Source: Prorocentrum cordatum
Taxonomy: Eukaryota
DNA: 64,000 nucleotides
NCBI GenBank assembly: GCA_963575745.1
Contig: CAUYUJ010000203.1
Coordinates: 186,001-250,000 of the forward strand
Reading direction: 5' to 3'
Shown one piece after another: positions 25,200 to 40,201 of the stretch (the first letter of the stretch is position 1; every line of letters begins with the position of its first letter). The position numbers were made by a program, and so were the translations under genes. The notes beneath the pieces were generated by a model, which searched no databases, had not been told where the DNA came from, and saw nothing but the letters and a program-made list of their open reading frames with translations.

Positions 25200-26414
25200 T
25201 CAAGCTCCCAGTCTGGTTGCCTTAGCCAGCTGTGTGGTGACCTCCCACCACTTTACCGCGTTGCGTTCAGGCGTCTGCGTGGGAGAGTGGGAGCGGGAGT
25301 GGGGAGCGTGCATAGCCATCACATTGATGTTGATACCCTGTCCTCTGATTCCCACAATGAGCCTGGCTGGCTCCGCGTGTAGTACTCTGCGCATGTTCCT
25401 AATGATATAGTGACCCTGCATGTTTTCAAGCCCCATGTGGATCCACAAAGCACACTCGTCGGAGCCCTGAGATGTAGCCGATGAATATAGTATGTAGTAG
25501 CTTCCCAGAGACTGCGCCTGAAGCCTAGTCTCCAAGACCCCAACCAAGAGATTATGTTGGGTCTCGAACTGAGTGGCCAGCTGCATGAGCCTCCCAGGCC
25601 CAGGTCCCGTGGAATACCGAAGCCCGTAGAACATGTTGGGGCGCAGCGTGAGCACGTTGGCGGTGGCCACCCAAAACTTGGGAGCCCGTTGAGCTTGACG
25701 CTCACACAAGGGTGATGAGGCGGATGTAGCGGGAGCTGGGATGTAGTCTGACATGAGCGTAGGGGGAGGTCGGACATTGCCCAGCGGCCCTCCGATGATT
25801 GGTGGGTACTGTTTGCGCTCGCCTTGGCTGGTAAACTCTAGCCAAAGCCACATGAGCGCGCGAGAATGCCAAGGGAGATCCAGCTCTGCTCTCCAGTGAA
25901 CGTCGTCATAGTAGGGTAACATACCCATAGCTACAAGCCTAGCTGGCGTGTCGGCCATTTCGTTCCAAGGGGTTCCCTGGTGGCCCCGAATGTGCGCCCT
26001 GTTGAAGTTCCTCGCACAACGCTGGATGACCTGAACTAGCCCGTCCAGCATTCTCTTGAGGTCCACTAGGTGGCTCCTGAGAGCCCCCAGGGTGGCCCCC
26101 CCCCGCACAACTTCCATGTTGTCAGTATGTACCGTGATGTCCGTGCTGTGTACATTGCTATGCTGAATGCACCACGCTGCTGCCCAAATGGCAGCCTCAA
26201 ACTCCGCGACTGCTGACAGCAGTGAGGAGGGGTAGACGGATGCAGTAGAGAGAGGGCGGGCAAGATAACCAAGAAGCCAACTTGCTCCGCTTGTCCCTGC
26301 AATGGTGACAAAGGACCATGGGCATGCCTCGTCGCTCCAGTCTGTAAAACCGCCAGCGGTTCCGTCCGTGTAGATGTTGATGTTGTCCGGTGTAACCCCA
26401 GGGTCGGGGCGCAA
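25200..26414 (-). pseudogene. RNase H followed in frame by AP-endonuclease N-terminus (LINE)
   Basis: IYTDG..AEFEA..VHTDN..HIRGHQGTPWNEMAD (RNase HI D-E-D-H-D set), then VATANVLTL..VGVLETR..MHAPHS (APE). Confidence 0.88.
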
Positions 26415-26669
26415 GATAACGTACCCAATCCCAAGAGTAGTAGAGTGCTAAAACGTTGCATGCGTAAGTATGTCGGCACCCAGAGGTTGGCTCCATCTCC
26501 TTAGAAATAGCTCCTTCGTGCCTCCCAGCACTTGGAGAGGGCTGATGTTGAGACCTTGGTGTGAGATACTCTGTTCAGCAGAAGGAGAGGAAGACGGAGT
26601 AGGACAATCCTCTGGGCCGTCTACTGTTTGCAGCGGCGCGTGCATTTCCCCTGCAGGCAGTCCTATTTG

Positions 26670-28140
26670 TCACAGGTCAGCTTCGTCCTGTGCGGAAGCA
26701 GGGACAGGCGGACTCATTGAAGGCTCACCTGCAGCTCCTAGTTGCTGCGATGTCTCTCCTGCCTCTCCAGCCATCTGTGCGTGCGTGTCTTTGTCCAAGT
26801 CCTTCTCTGAGAAGATCTTCACTGACTCAGCTGGAGCGTTCTGCTTCCGAAGGCGACTTTCAGGATGCCTGTATTCGAAGCTCTGTGCGGCGTATGTGCA
26901 CGTCCTCCTGACCGCCCTGCAATGGGCTTGGATCTGCGCTGCTGCTTCTGAGCCTGTGACTGCTTCAGTGCGGGCTGGAGTGAGGCTGCCTCCTGCTCTG
27001 CTGCTGCTGCTGCTGCCCTGGCCGCTGCCTCCGTCGAACTGTTCCCTTCCGCCGCGCCTGGCGGCGTGGCTGGAGGCTGCGGCGCGCCTGTCGATGTCGC
27101 CGCCGATGGCGCTGGGCTGGCGCGACTGGCGCTGCCGCTGCTTGGCCACTTGGCCCCCCGCCTGGGTAGGCTGCGCCGCGAGCATCTGGGCGCCGAGGGC
27201 GTTGTGGATGACCGCCATCTGGGCCGTGAGCCTCTGCAGCTACTCCGTTAGGTCGGAGTTGTTGGCCTGCGGTGTTGCAAGCTGCGCTGTTGCCGTAGTA
27301 GATGGGGCCGCGGTGGTTGCAGTGTCTGAGTTGGTATCCTGCCTCTCTACCTCCACGGCTGCCTCCTTTTCCTCGACCTCCTGCTTCTCTAGGCCGACGA
27401 AATGTTCGAGCAATTTCTCAGTCTTCTGGAAGTCCTCCACGGGGCACTTCGCGCGCACTGTGGCGGCGCGCAGCTTGTCCGTGAGATCCTTTTCAGCACG
27501 CTGTGCATCAGAGAGTGGTTCCTTGATGCGGTCGAGGTAGGTATTCTGTTGGTCCGCTCGTGACTTGGCGTCTCGAGCAAACATGACTTGATAGAGACTC
27601 ACCGAGTAGTCCTCCTCGAGTGATCGAATGACTGAAACCTTCTGGCCCATCTCGTATGCTGTTGCGGTCTGCTTTTCAAGTTCGTCGAGCGAGTCCTTAA
27701 GCTGCGAGCGGTGTGCCTTGAGTTCCTTGGCCGATGCTGGAGGATGGAGCCACAGCTTATGACCTTCAGCGCGTTCTGGATCGACAGGACGTGGGAGTGG
27801 CGGTGGCGGTGGCTGCGGAATTGCGTCTCTCGGTGTCGGTGCTGCGCTCTGTGCACGATGCTGCTGCGCAGGCTGCTGGTCCCATGACCATGACTGTCTC
27901 GACCACGATCGCCATGGAGCGGCGGCGTCGAGCTGTATGCCATCCGCCATCGATCTCGTCGTCATCTGTGTCGAGGCTGTCGTCCTGCTGTGAAGCCGAT
28001 GCTTGCGAGCAGAATCTGCACACCGACGAGCTGTAGATGTTCTGGCGTTGGCACTTGCTGCATTCCCAGAACTTTGGCGGTGGCTGTCCTCCCCTGCGGG
28101 CACCTGGGTCCGCTCCTGGTCGATCTGCTGAGTGCGCCAT
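26670..28140 (-). pseudogene. LINE ORF1-like region (RanBP2-type Zn finger plus coiled coil), frameshifted
   Basis: WECSKCQRQNIYSSSVCRFC in ORF 27766..28140; E/K/Q-rich helical stretch in ORF 27240..28103. Confidence 0.7.
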
Positions 28141-28529
28141 GCTGCTGTGATGACGTGCGAGCAGCTCGGATGCAGCCGCGACCCGAAGAAGCGTTCTTGC
28201 CCTGCTGCGGGCGTCTCGCTGTCTGCGGTGCCAAGCTGACTCTATCTGGTCGGCCTCTCCTGGGAGCCGGGATGCGAGTCACGGTCGGCCCGTTGCCCGA
28301 GACTGGGTGGAGGGGCGCTTTCAAAACGGGTCGGCGCGTGTGGCAGTTGTCCCTGCTCGAGCTCGCCACTACCAGGCAGCGGCGCCCGAAGCCTGAGCCG
28401 GGACAGCGGTTCTGGAAGCGAGGGCGGGGGAGGGGGAGCGGAGGAGCACAGCGGCCGCGGGGGCGCGCGTTCCCTGTCCCCTCCCCTCCTCTCGGCCTCG
28501 CCGCCCGGGGGCAAGGATCCCACCCGGGT

Positions 28530-29135
28530 GCCTGGCTAGCCCTGGCTGCTGACAGCGACGTCCTGCAGAATCGGTCGGTCAACGCATCCTTGCTAGGCTG
28601 GTGGAGCTCTAAGCATAGGCGGAAGGTACCGTCCACGTTGGCGGGTGAGACCCAGGCGTTGAGTGCTGTTGTGGCAGAGGTGGAGTGCCTACAGATCCTG
28701 CATCGTGATGTTGTGTTTCGGGACGTCGATGTCGGGCGGGGACTGTTATCGCGGCTCGGGGCCATTCACTACGGTACTCTGGAGCGCTTGCCGGCTCGGA
28801 TCTCGTGAGCGTCAGGTTCACCTCGTGCTCAATGATACGATACGATGCTCAATGATGACAACGCTATTGCCCGCGACAGGCGTACTGCCATCGACCTTGC
28901 CATATCTGCTAGGCCCTAGAGGAACCCAAAGGGCGGGTCCGCAGGATACCCCACAGGAGGATGCCAGTGGATTGCTTGACGAAGGACGACATCACTGATG
29001 GGAAAGCTGCAATGTTTGACCTCATGGTCAGCGGAAGACTGGTACTGGTCGTTGACGGTGACGAGGTTGAACGCCGCCGCAAGGCTCCCGAGCTGAAGTG
29101 TCGCACCCAGTCAGCATCTCGCAAGCTTCTGGACG
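28530..29135 (+). mobile_element. Ty1/copia-type RNase H C-terminal fragment
   Basis: GWWSSKHRRKVPSTLAGETQAL (cf. SWxSxK..V.STxxAE), DRRTAIDLAI (28875-28904), IPHRRMPVDCLTK (cf. ADxLTK); frameshifted. Confidence 0.8.
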
Positions 29136-29551
29136 CCCATCTGGTGTCATGGCAGGAGTTCCAGGTCCAGACCCAGGAGATCAACGGTCCCGGAGTCGGT
29201 GGTGGTGGTGGCGGTGGTGGTGGTTCCTCACCGTTTTCTTTGTTCGCTCTCTCTCTCTCTCTTTCTATCTGCTTGGCAGTCGTCGCACCGACGAGCTGCC
29301 TGGCGCCAATGCTGGATTAAGCGCGGCGCCCAGGGCTGCAAAGCCCTGGAGAATTTCCGACATGTGAAGCAGGCGAGCAGATATCTCTTACGTATGTTTG
29401 GCATCAGGTGTTTGATTCAGGTTTCTGTCTGTACCGATGTTCTGGCTCGACAGAAATTTATCCCAGTGCGACTCTACCTCGGAGTTGGAGCCTCTAGGAA
29501 AGCAACATTCGTAGGAGCGGTAAACGCCGTCCTCCTCCTTCTCCTCATCGT

Positions 29552-30800
<1,249 letters not shown>

Positions 30801-31053
30801 TGCTTTGCCTTCGCTTTTGCCTTCACTTGTGCCGTTGCTTTTGGTTTTGCTTGGCACCTAGGGAGCGCAACTGGGGGAACCGCGCGTTTGCTTTGACCTT
30901 TGCTGTTGCTTTTGCTTGGCTCCCATGGGACCGGGGGAACCGCCCGGGGCGGTTAGCACTGCCTGGCCCCTTTGGGCTACAGAGTAATAGCCCTTCTAGG
31001 CAGAGCCTAGGTAGGGAACGTGTACTGCGGTTGCTGCTGCCGCACTCTCCTCC

Positions 31054-31088
<35 letters not shown>

Positions 31089-33693
31089 GTCCTCCTCCTC
31101 CTCTTCCTCCTCCTCCTCCTCCTCCTCCTTCCCTTCCGACCGATGCCCTCCTCCTCCCCGTGAGACGACGGGGCAGCTCCGTCTGCCAGCCCCGAGGTTT
31201 GCTCCTACTCCCCCCGGCTCGCGCTCATGACGGAGACCCTGTCGAAGGCCCACCCCGCAGCGGGAGGCGGAGGAGAAGGAGGAGGAGGAGGAGGAGGAGG
31301 AGAAGGAGAGGGAGAGGGAGTGGGAGGAGGAGGAGGTGGAGGAGGAGGAAGAGGAGGAGGAAACAGAATGAGGAGGAGGAGGACAAGGAGGAGGAGGAAG
31401 GAGGAGGAGGAGGAAGGAACACGAGGAGGAGGAACTGGAGCAGGAGGATGAGGAGGAGGATGAGGAAGGCCCGCGGGTCGAGGGTCGGGCGGAGCAGTTC
31501 GCGCCACAGGGCTTCTCCCTGACAGGCGGCCTCCGCGGTGCCCGTGCGGGGCCCCCGGGGACCCCGAGGTCAAGTGGCCCTCGAGGGCCACTCAAGCCCG
31601 AGGCAGACGTCGGGCAGGAATGTTAGCCTAAAGGGCCCCCTAGATTGCCACCGCATGTCCAGCAAAGGCGCACGTTTCTTCATGCCCTTTCAATGCGCCC
31701 CCGTGAACAAACATCCCCCAGGTGAGAAGATGGCCAGAATGAGCTCTGGGAGGGTTCTGTGGAATCGTTACGGGCTGGATTTTGTTCAGGAGGAGGCTCG
31801 AGGATCGAGGGTAGTGATTATTGGACGTGTTTTTCTCTTTGCCAGCTCCCTGGAAGGCTCACTGTCGCAATGGCTGAACCTTCCTCTAGACTTCTGGCCG
31901 AGGCCAACCCCTTGAGAGGTCCAGTGGTCTGTTTCCAGCAGGTGGACGGAGCAGAGGAGGAGGAGGAGGAGGAGGGGGAGGAGGTGGAGGAGGGGGAGAA
32001 GGAGGAGGAGGAGGAGGAGGAGGAGGAGGAGGGGGAGGAGGAGGAGACAGCAGGAGCACAGGGTCGGAGGAGGTGCGATTGGACGAGGCGAAGGAGGAAA
32101 AAGATGAGGAGGTGGGAGGCGGGAGAAGCGATAGATCCAGACCTCCAACGATTCGACCAAATTCAAGACGGATGTATTTCGCCGTTCTCGGCCTCTCGGG
32201 AGCCCTCGGCGGGCCCGGGGACCGACACAATCGGACTCTCGGGATGGAAGAGCTGGTCTCAGGCAAGAGGCCAGGACTTCGGGGGCCCAGTTTTCAACAA
32301 AAAGTGGCGTCGGATCGGCGTCGGATCTCGAGGGAGGAGGGCTCCTCCCTTGATCCCTTGCCGACCACTTCCTCCTCTCCCCGAGCTGCTCCGCGCTCGC
32401 TGGGGGCCGCTCCTCCTGCGCCCGCCTCTTCCGACGGGGTGACCACCGGCCTTTCCGCCCCCTCCTCCCCCTCCTCCTCCTCCTCCTCCGCCTCCTCCTC
32501 CTCCTCCTTCTCCTTCTCTTTCTCATCCTCCGCCTCCTCCGCCTCCTCTTCTCTCACTCCCACTCCTGAGGGGGGCGTCAGCCTCGCGGAATCCACGCGC
32601 GTTCGCCGCGCCGCCGCGGCCGCGGCCGCGGGCGCGATCCTCGAACCTCGCTGCCGCAGCTGCACCTCCTCACTCCTCGTCCTCATCGTAAGCTGCAGCT
32701 CTCCTCGGGGGTCCGTAGCCCCCCCGCCCGCGCCGCCCCGCTCAGCCTGGCGGTGGCGGGGGCGGCGGCGGCACCGCGGGGGTCAGGCTCCGCACGGCCG
32801 CCGCAGCAGCCGCGGCGGCTCCCTCGCCCGGCGGCTGCGGGGGTGGCGGCGGCGCCGCGGGGGCCAGGCTCTGCGCAGCCACGGCGGCGGCCGCAGCCGC
32901 GATCGCCGCGGCCTCCGTCGCCGAGCTGCATGTCCTGGAGGGCCAGCCGTCCCCAGGTCCGCGTCCGAGTCGCCATCCAGGGTGGCCCCGTAGGCGACGA
33001 CGCATCTCTTGGTCTCGAGCTTCGTCGTAGTGCATCCTCTCATAGATTCATTCATCTCGGCCGTGGCCGTGATGTGGGTCTCGGTGCCCATTGGCGACAT
33101 CACGATGATGAACGGCACGCGTTTCGCCTTCGCCGCCTTCATCAAGTCCATCGCGGGCCACCACGCCTCGTTCTCTGTCGTAGCCCTGTTTTGTGCAGCA
33201 GCGCCGAGTTCAGGCCTAACCCATGGGTGGTCGATACTTCTGTATGCGCTTGCTGCACTGTCTGGTGTTGCGGTCCACGTAGCTGAAGGGGGCCTGACAA
33301 CCAGCGCGGAGACCACATCCATGGTCTCGTACCATGCACACTCTCCTTGGATCGACTGTCCGAGCCTCAGGTCCAGGTCCTTTTCGGTCGGTGTTCATCT
33401 CGCCGATGCTGCTTGCGTCGGCGTCGTTTTGAATGGCGTTGGTCAGCCGCGCGTCGTAGTCGGTGCTGGTATAGATGTTCCATATCGTCCTGTCGCGGCT
33501 GCAGCCCCCTGCCGACCAGTCGAAGTGGCGGGAGCGCGTTCGGAATGCCGCGGTGCCGCTGTTGTTGGGCGGCGTTGTTCGGTAACGGAAGCGTGGGGTG
33601 CGGCCGTCTCGACCCGTTGTGGCATCCCTCCTTGCTCTTCGCCGTCTGCCTTCTTTGCTGGTTGCAGCGCTTTGTCCTCCCGCCATCCCTTTA

Positions 33694-36600
33694 CTCCTCC
33701 TCCTCCTCCTCCTCCTCCTCCTCCTCCTCCTTCTGCCTCCTTCTGCGTAACCATGGTGCTTCCCGCTATGCAACAGACCACAAGCAGAGAAGGGCTGCGG
33801 CGCGCCTGCAGTGTGGAAGTTGCCGAAGGCGCCACCAGCCCGAGGTCGCGGACGGGCGAGGGCTTCGCCCTGCCCAAATTCACGATTCGAAAACGGATCG
33901 ATGCCAGCACGCAGTTTCTTCAAATTGATGTTGGCTTCTTTTTTCGGGGGTGGGTTAGACAGGCCTGACCGAGATACCGGGAACAGGCAGCTCCAAAAGG
34001 CCCCGCATCTCGCACATTTGACAATTGTTTCACCCCCAATCTAAAGATTGTGCGTGGAATGGGCCGTCCTTGCAACCCTGGGAAGGCCGACGCAGGCCGT
34101 TCTACACACGCCAACTCTACTGCCAGACCCCCCGCCAAACATGCAAAGGTATTTACGTAGCGTCTCTGCCCACGCACGTCAGACGATGGCCAAGGTCGTC
34201 TGGCACCAGTTCGGGTTGGGAGGGCCTGCTCTGTATCCTCGCTCGGACACGCTCAGCATCTGGAAGTCCGAGCTTGGACAGGTATTCCATCGTCTCGTTG
34301 ATGAGGGTCATTCCCTGGGAAGCCAGGGCATCTTGCTCAGCACAGAGCTGGCGCACTTCAGGGCTGTGGGGGTGCAACTCGGCTCTCTGGCCAATCGAGC
34401 CGCCTCTCGGTTCCCAGCCAACACCCAGAAACGGACCCCGCGATCCACGGCCTGGCTCCGAGAGAGGTCGCTTCTGATTTTACTCACCGTCATTTTGTGC
34501 AACCCCACATCCGTGGCCTTGGCAACTATATCGCATCAGATCTTGCTGAACACGAATATGAACTGATCCTGGTCAGCCCGCAGGGACCAGCTTGCATTCC
34601 GCGATCAGCTGTGTCTCCCCTGGCCCCAGCTGCCGAAGCTCCATGAGGAGCTCGCAAACTGCACCCCCTCCCGCCCATTGGAGCGGGCGGGGAAGATGAC
34701 CGTAGATAGAGCCCGTCACATGCCCCCTTTCATCTACGGAAGCGGCCCCCCAGCCCGCACGGGCAAAGAGATCGCTGTCGGGGCCCACGGCAGGGCCGCC
34801 CAAACAGATCTTGCCCGCAACAAAGGTACCGAACAGGGGGTGGACCATCCACGCGAACCCAGCGTCATCGCGGAGGGCTGGCCAGATTAATTCGGGATTG
34901 GGGTTCAGAGCCCTGGTTGTCCCTGGGCCGCACCCGCCGCGCTCCTTCCCCCTGGCAAGGTAATCCCCCAGGTCAAGGTTCTCTCGCATCAGACGGACGC
35001 CGTCGCCGCTGACAAATCCGCGCGTGGGAGTGCCCCTGGAAGGGGCGGCGCTGGGTGGCGGAGCGTCCAGCTACCACTCCCGAACTCATCGCAGCTTCCA
35101 GCCCTCGGCCCGTGGCTCCGAGGGGCCCCAGCTTTTTGACTATCGGCTGGGGGAGCGGACCAGCCGCCAGCCCTTCGACTTTCGCAGCGACGCTTTGGAC
35201 CGATCCCCGCTGCATGTTCTGCTCAATCTACACCTTGGGCGCCCTTTTGCCCATGTGCCCGGGGTCGACTGACAAACCGCGGCAGGTGACCCAATCGCGA
35301 CATCCTCGAGCCGTCCAGCCGAGGCGATGAAGGTGCACCGCGCGGCCCCGGCGGGTCCCGTCACCTGCCCCCAGCCAAAGCCAGGCACGCAAAACAAACA
35401 CGTCGCAGTTTTTCTTCATCTGGGCGGCAGGGGCCCACTCCCCCTGGAGGGCCAAACGCCGCGTCGAGATGGGGCGGCGTTGGCAGCAAAAGTGGGGTCA
35501 GCCATAGGGCCCCCGCTTCAACTGGTACTCTGAGGTTCCCGATCGTCCACGGTGGTTCCAAAGACCGACTGACCCGCCGGCAGAGAGCGCAGTTGGCGAT
35601 GGCGGGCATCCGCGATGCCGACGACCGCGCCACCATACGCCGCAGACGGGAGCCCGCCAGCCTCGACGACTCTGGCAGCGCCTCGGAGGGGCGACCAGAG
35701 CCCCCGAAACATTGTCACTCTCGGCACCAGCGCAGCCAGCCTGTTCTTCTGGATCCCAACGTTGCGCTTCCGTTACTTTTGCGAAACATCCACTCCAAGG
35801 TTCCTGGTGGCCGACGAGACGTTTTACTCCCACGCTTTGATACGCTAGATGGCATCAGCCCCGACACCCCGTCCGTGGCCAGAACCGCCCTTCCGCCCCT
35901 GCAGATGACCAGACAAAGGCCTTCGAGCTGATTGAGGTTGTAGCTCGCAGCCTTGCCTTGACGGCTGCCTAAGTCGGCGACCGCTCCTGCTGCGAACGAC
36001 GCGATGTCGCCCGCGACCTTCGACGCCCTGACGCTGGGCCAATGAATCGACATGGCGCCTATAGTGTTCAAGAGAATCAACTGCATGAGGCTGGCGGCGA
36101 AGGCGCATCCAGCGATGGCCCCATGCCGCGCGGAGATGACACCTGAGAAAACCTGGCCCATCTGGAGCAACTGCGGGGCCTGTCACATGCCGATGAGATG
36201 CCTAGGCCTAACCGAGGGGAGCCATGACGAATGGCCGCGTGGACCAACAGAACATAGAGCACCTTTGTTCGCAAGTCATGGTGAGATCTATCAAGACCGC
36301 GCCCGCCCCAATCCCAACGAGGCCACCAAACTCGGCGGCTCGCTTGCCCCCGCGACGCGCGCTCGCAGCTTCTCCCATCAGCTCCATAGCGATGCCGACG
36401 GGCCTGCTTGGCCCCCCAGGACGCGGCTTCACGCCGCTCGACTTGACCGAATGTTCTGCTCATCCTTGGGAGGAGTCCGATCGGCCTGAAGCCTCCGTCT
36501 GCTTTCGGAAGGAGCGCCGCGAACATGGGCGCGAGCTGGATCCGCACTCGGCCCAGGGCCTCGCACCAGCTCCAAATCGCACACAGGGGCTCAAGGCAAC

Positions 36601-39600
36601 CGTCCGAGACCCTGGACATGCCCCTCGGATGAGTCGCGCCCGCGCCCAGCGCCGCGCGCTGCCTAAGCTTGCTGGCGACCGCCCGAGCAGCAGCTGGGGT
36701 GCAGCGCTCAAGGGTCAGGGACCATGGCGCACTCATCCCCAACCGCTCTGAGCTCCTGGACGTGCCCGCCCAAAACGCCAGGGCATCGGGGGGGGGAGGC
36801 GGCCTCGCCAGGAAGGGGCCGCGCAGCTTCCCAAACATCTTGCATCTGATCCACGAGGGCCCCAGGTCGAGGAGGGGGAGGGGGGGCAGGCTTGACGGTC
36901 GCAGGGTTCCACCCAATTGGGGCATTGCTATACTTGTGGGCAGCCCCCCCTCTGTTGCCGACGGCCTCGTGGGCCCAGTCTCTCCAGCGACCCCCCCGTT
37001 GATGTTCGCATTGTTGTTCCAGCCTATCAGCCATCGTGATGGCCTCGGTCCTGGGTGCTAGCAGATCCTCCGAAGAGCATGCGAGAAGGACGTCCTCGAA
37101 CAGCGGCTTCCAGACCTGCCATTTGTGATTACTCCTAAGGCGCCTTGGTCCTTTGAAACGTTTGCGGGCAATGCGCCGCGACTCAACTGGGCCCCAAGTT
37201 TCTCCTTTGGCTTTGATGCGGCTCAATTCGTGGGGCCGAATGCCGCCTTTGCGCCGGCCTCGCGAAACGGGGCGTCCAAGCGGAAAAAAATCCCCTCCCG
37301 AGGTTTGCAGCGTTGGAACTTGTTTGAGTCGCTTCTGCTTACCACGTCCGACATAGGCTGCGCCATGGACCTGATTAGGAACCGATCGAAACAGGCATCC
37401 AGGGGATAGGCCCCCCCCCCCTGATCTCGGCCATCCTGAGGGTCGCGGCGTAGTCAGGTGGAGCTGGCCTGGGCCCCTGGGGCACATCCAAAGAAAAGGA
37501 TCTCGGACGCGGCAGCGCCCAAACATGGTCGATGCGAGGGTCCCCGCGGAGGGCGAGGCCGACGCGCCAGCGGGGGGCGAAAACGTTAACCAAGGCGAGC
37601 ACGCATCGGCGTGGGGCAGGGAGGCAAAGGGGGGGGGGGGGGGAGGGTAACCTACTCCGATGTGGTTCCTCACCGCGATTCCAACCCCACACGACAGTCC
37701 TCCAGCGTCCGTCACGATGGGCGGGCGGGGGCAGGCCACCCACCCCTGGCGTTTGAGCGCGGCCCCGACCTCCGCGGAGGACTTGAGGGTCAGCTCTTAG
37801 AAGCAGACTATGGACGCCTCTGTTCCGCCTCCAGACATCGCTTCCGTGAGCCGAGCGAAGTGCAGTTACAAGTCTCGACGCGTAGCGAGCCGCGCTTGCC
37901 CTCCGCCTGGGCCGCCGCGGGCTCCGAGGGGGCATCGGGCTGGAAGATGGCGGAGAGCCGGCAGGATGCAGAGGAGGCGTTCACGTCGGGCTCGTTGCAA
38001 CCCAACATTTCTGCGCTCCAGTCTGAGCTTAAACCTGTCAGTACTGGCACGCGGCGTTTGCGAAAACGAGCTTGGAGCCGCGCCCTGCAATTGGTGGCGA
38101 GATGGCGGGCGCGCGCGGCTGGTTCCACACTGGCCTCCCGGGGCCCTTGGGCGCAAAACTTTCAGCGAGTGTCAGGCGAGCAGCAAAGCGAAAATATGGG
38201 TTTCTTGCGCGCGCAGCGGCTCAGGGGCCCTCGCCCACTGGCCCGCCCGGCACGCGCCCTGCTGCAGTTGGAGGTCCCATGGGCGAGCCGCGCCCGACGT
38301 CGGCCGGCGAGGAGGCCCCGCCGAGGGGCAGGTCGAATGGCGCCCTGGGCCCCAGGAAAAGTTAGAAAAAAGATCCGAGGGCTCAGAAGGCGGCTTCTTG
38401 CCCGTGCAATTGCCCAGCACGGCCTTGCTCTTCAGCTCTGCCTCCCCAGCGCGATCGCCACCTGGGGTCGTAATCGCTGGGGAGGTGAGTGCAGAGGCGC
38501 CAGCGGCCGCCGCAGCCGCGAGCTCCGCCTCCGAGGGCGAGCGGTCGTAGTCATCGTCGCAGACGCACAGGAAGCCGTCGGAATACACGTAGATCCCCCC
38601 CCCCCCGTCGGAACTCTCGAAGTCCAGGCCGTCAGATTCCGTCGCGCCCAACGACGGGGTCAATATTTAGCCGTCTCGACCCCTGCTGCACCTTCCGCGG
38701 CCTCTGCGCTTTTGCCGCCGGGCGTCCGAAAAGCACGCGCCCGCGCGTCTGCGAACGTGACCATCTGCTTGGGGCCTCCTTTCCCTGCCGGCCCCGCTGG
38801 CGCCGCCGCCGCCGCAGCGGCCGCGCCTCCGACGGCGCCCTTCGGCTTCCTCGGGGCCTCCCAGCTCAGCGGGTAGAGAGGCGTCGCTGCGGCCCATGTC
38901 GACGAAGCCGTCCGAGCCCTGACCGCCACTTGCCTCGGCTGCTGGCCGCGGTCTCTCATGGCGACTCCGCTTGCGAGCCATCCGCTTGATTACTCAGCGT
39001 TCTCTGCCTTGAGCGATTCCACCTTCTCCATCGCGTCCTGGAACAGGCCCTCGGTCGCCACCTGCACCTGCTGCCGCAGCTGCTCCTTCCGAGCGCCCAT
39101 CTGGAGAACATCTTCGCGCGCGAGCTCAACCATGTCTCCGACCTGGAAACTTTCGAGGTCAATGAGACTGGCCACGCCCCTGCTACCGTCGACCACCTCT
39201 GCGGGGGGCACCTTGGGGGCCCCGGCCTGCTTCGGTGCCTCCTCCCTTGCCACCGTGCGCGCCAGCTGCGAGACAATCTTCGCACGCTCGGCGTCGGCCT
39301 CGTGCGACGTGGACTCGGACTTCCGCGCGCAGGCGGACTGGATCGCCACCCAGGTCTGACACTGGTCCACCTCGTCCACCTCGCTGCCCAGCATGTCCTC
39401 CAGCTGCTGGATGCGGTCATGGCCTCTCTGGGCGCGCTCTTGGACAATGAATGCTGGGCCTCTTCGCAGCTCCTCGATCTGAAGCTTGCACTTGTCCGCT
39501 GTCGGCCGTTTCCCCATCCGCTCGGTAATGCCGATGAATGTCTCGACCTCTGCGATGGAGGGCCCTGCCCCGCGAGCCTTGCCGCTGGGCCCGACGAGCG

Positions 39601-40201
39601 ACGCGGGCGGAGGTGCAGTCCCCCCCCCCCCCCTGGGCGGACAGCGCTCGCCGCGCCGCGCCTCGAGAACCTTGCTGACCCTGGCCCCCAGGACGAGCGG
39701 GAAGAGCCAGCGCGGCGACCTTCGTGGGCGCCTCGATGGTCTTCCATTCGAGGCAGCGCTTGCAGTATATGCGCGCGTCGAGGTTCTTCGTGCACCTGCG
39801 TAGGGCGCAGTCCCAGCGAGACTGGCTCCTGCGCATCTTCTCGCTGCCCACGGGAGGTGGCCCGCTTGGGAGGAGCTCGATCGCGCTGACCTTCTTTGCG
39901 GCCGCGCCCCTGTCCACCTTGATTACCTTACCCACTGCCTGCCGTCCGCGCATCGCCACGCCTCCACGGCCTTTCGCGCCGATCCATTGCCGAAGAGGAA
40001 TACTGGTTGCACTTGTTTCCTGGTGCCGCCCAATGGCGGAACACCAACTGCGAACGGATCTGCGTGCGCTCGTGCGCGGATGTGAAATCGGAGACCCTTG
40101 TCCCGGGTTCTCCAGGGCTTCGCTGCCCCGCTCATGTTCATTGGACCACCTCGAGGCGGGGGGCGTCCCGATGTGGCCACACCAGCCTAACTGGCTACGG
40201 G
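33694..40201 (-). mobile_element. Degenerate near-full-length LINE (ORF1 Zn finger/coiled coil, APE, RT, C-terminal RNase H) with 5' SL relict and (GGA)n at the 3' end
   Basis: WDCALRRCTKNLDARIYCKRC (39417..39959); coiled coil (38990..39517); LRVETCNCTS and TDAGGLSCGVGIAVRNHIG (APE); LLPKADGGFRPIGLLP and GAIAGCAFAASLMQLIL (RT); ARAGWGAASVDERG..YGHLPRPLQ (RNase H, 34573..34989); (GGA)n at 33694-33731. Confidence 0.85.
40184..40201 (-). other. Relict dinoflagellate spliced leader (partial)
   Basis: Minus strand CCGTAGCCAGTTAGGCT vs DinoSL CCGTAGCCATTTTGGCT (15/17). Confidence 0.6.

Larger units (their letters stand above)
19980..28200 (-). mobile_element. Degenerate near-full-length LINE carrying a C5 DNA methyltransferase domain (LINE-Dnmt type)
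   Basis: Colinear minus-strand motifs for ORF1 Zn finger/coiled coil, RNase H, AP endonuclease, RT, C2H2 fingers and DNMT (see sub-features). Ends are approximate. Confidence 0.9.
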
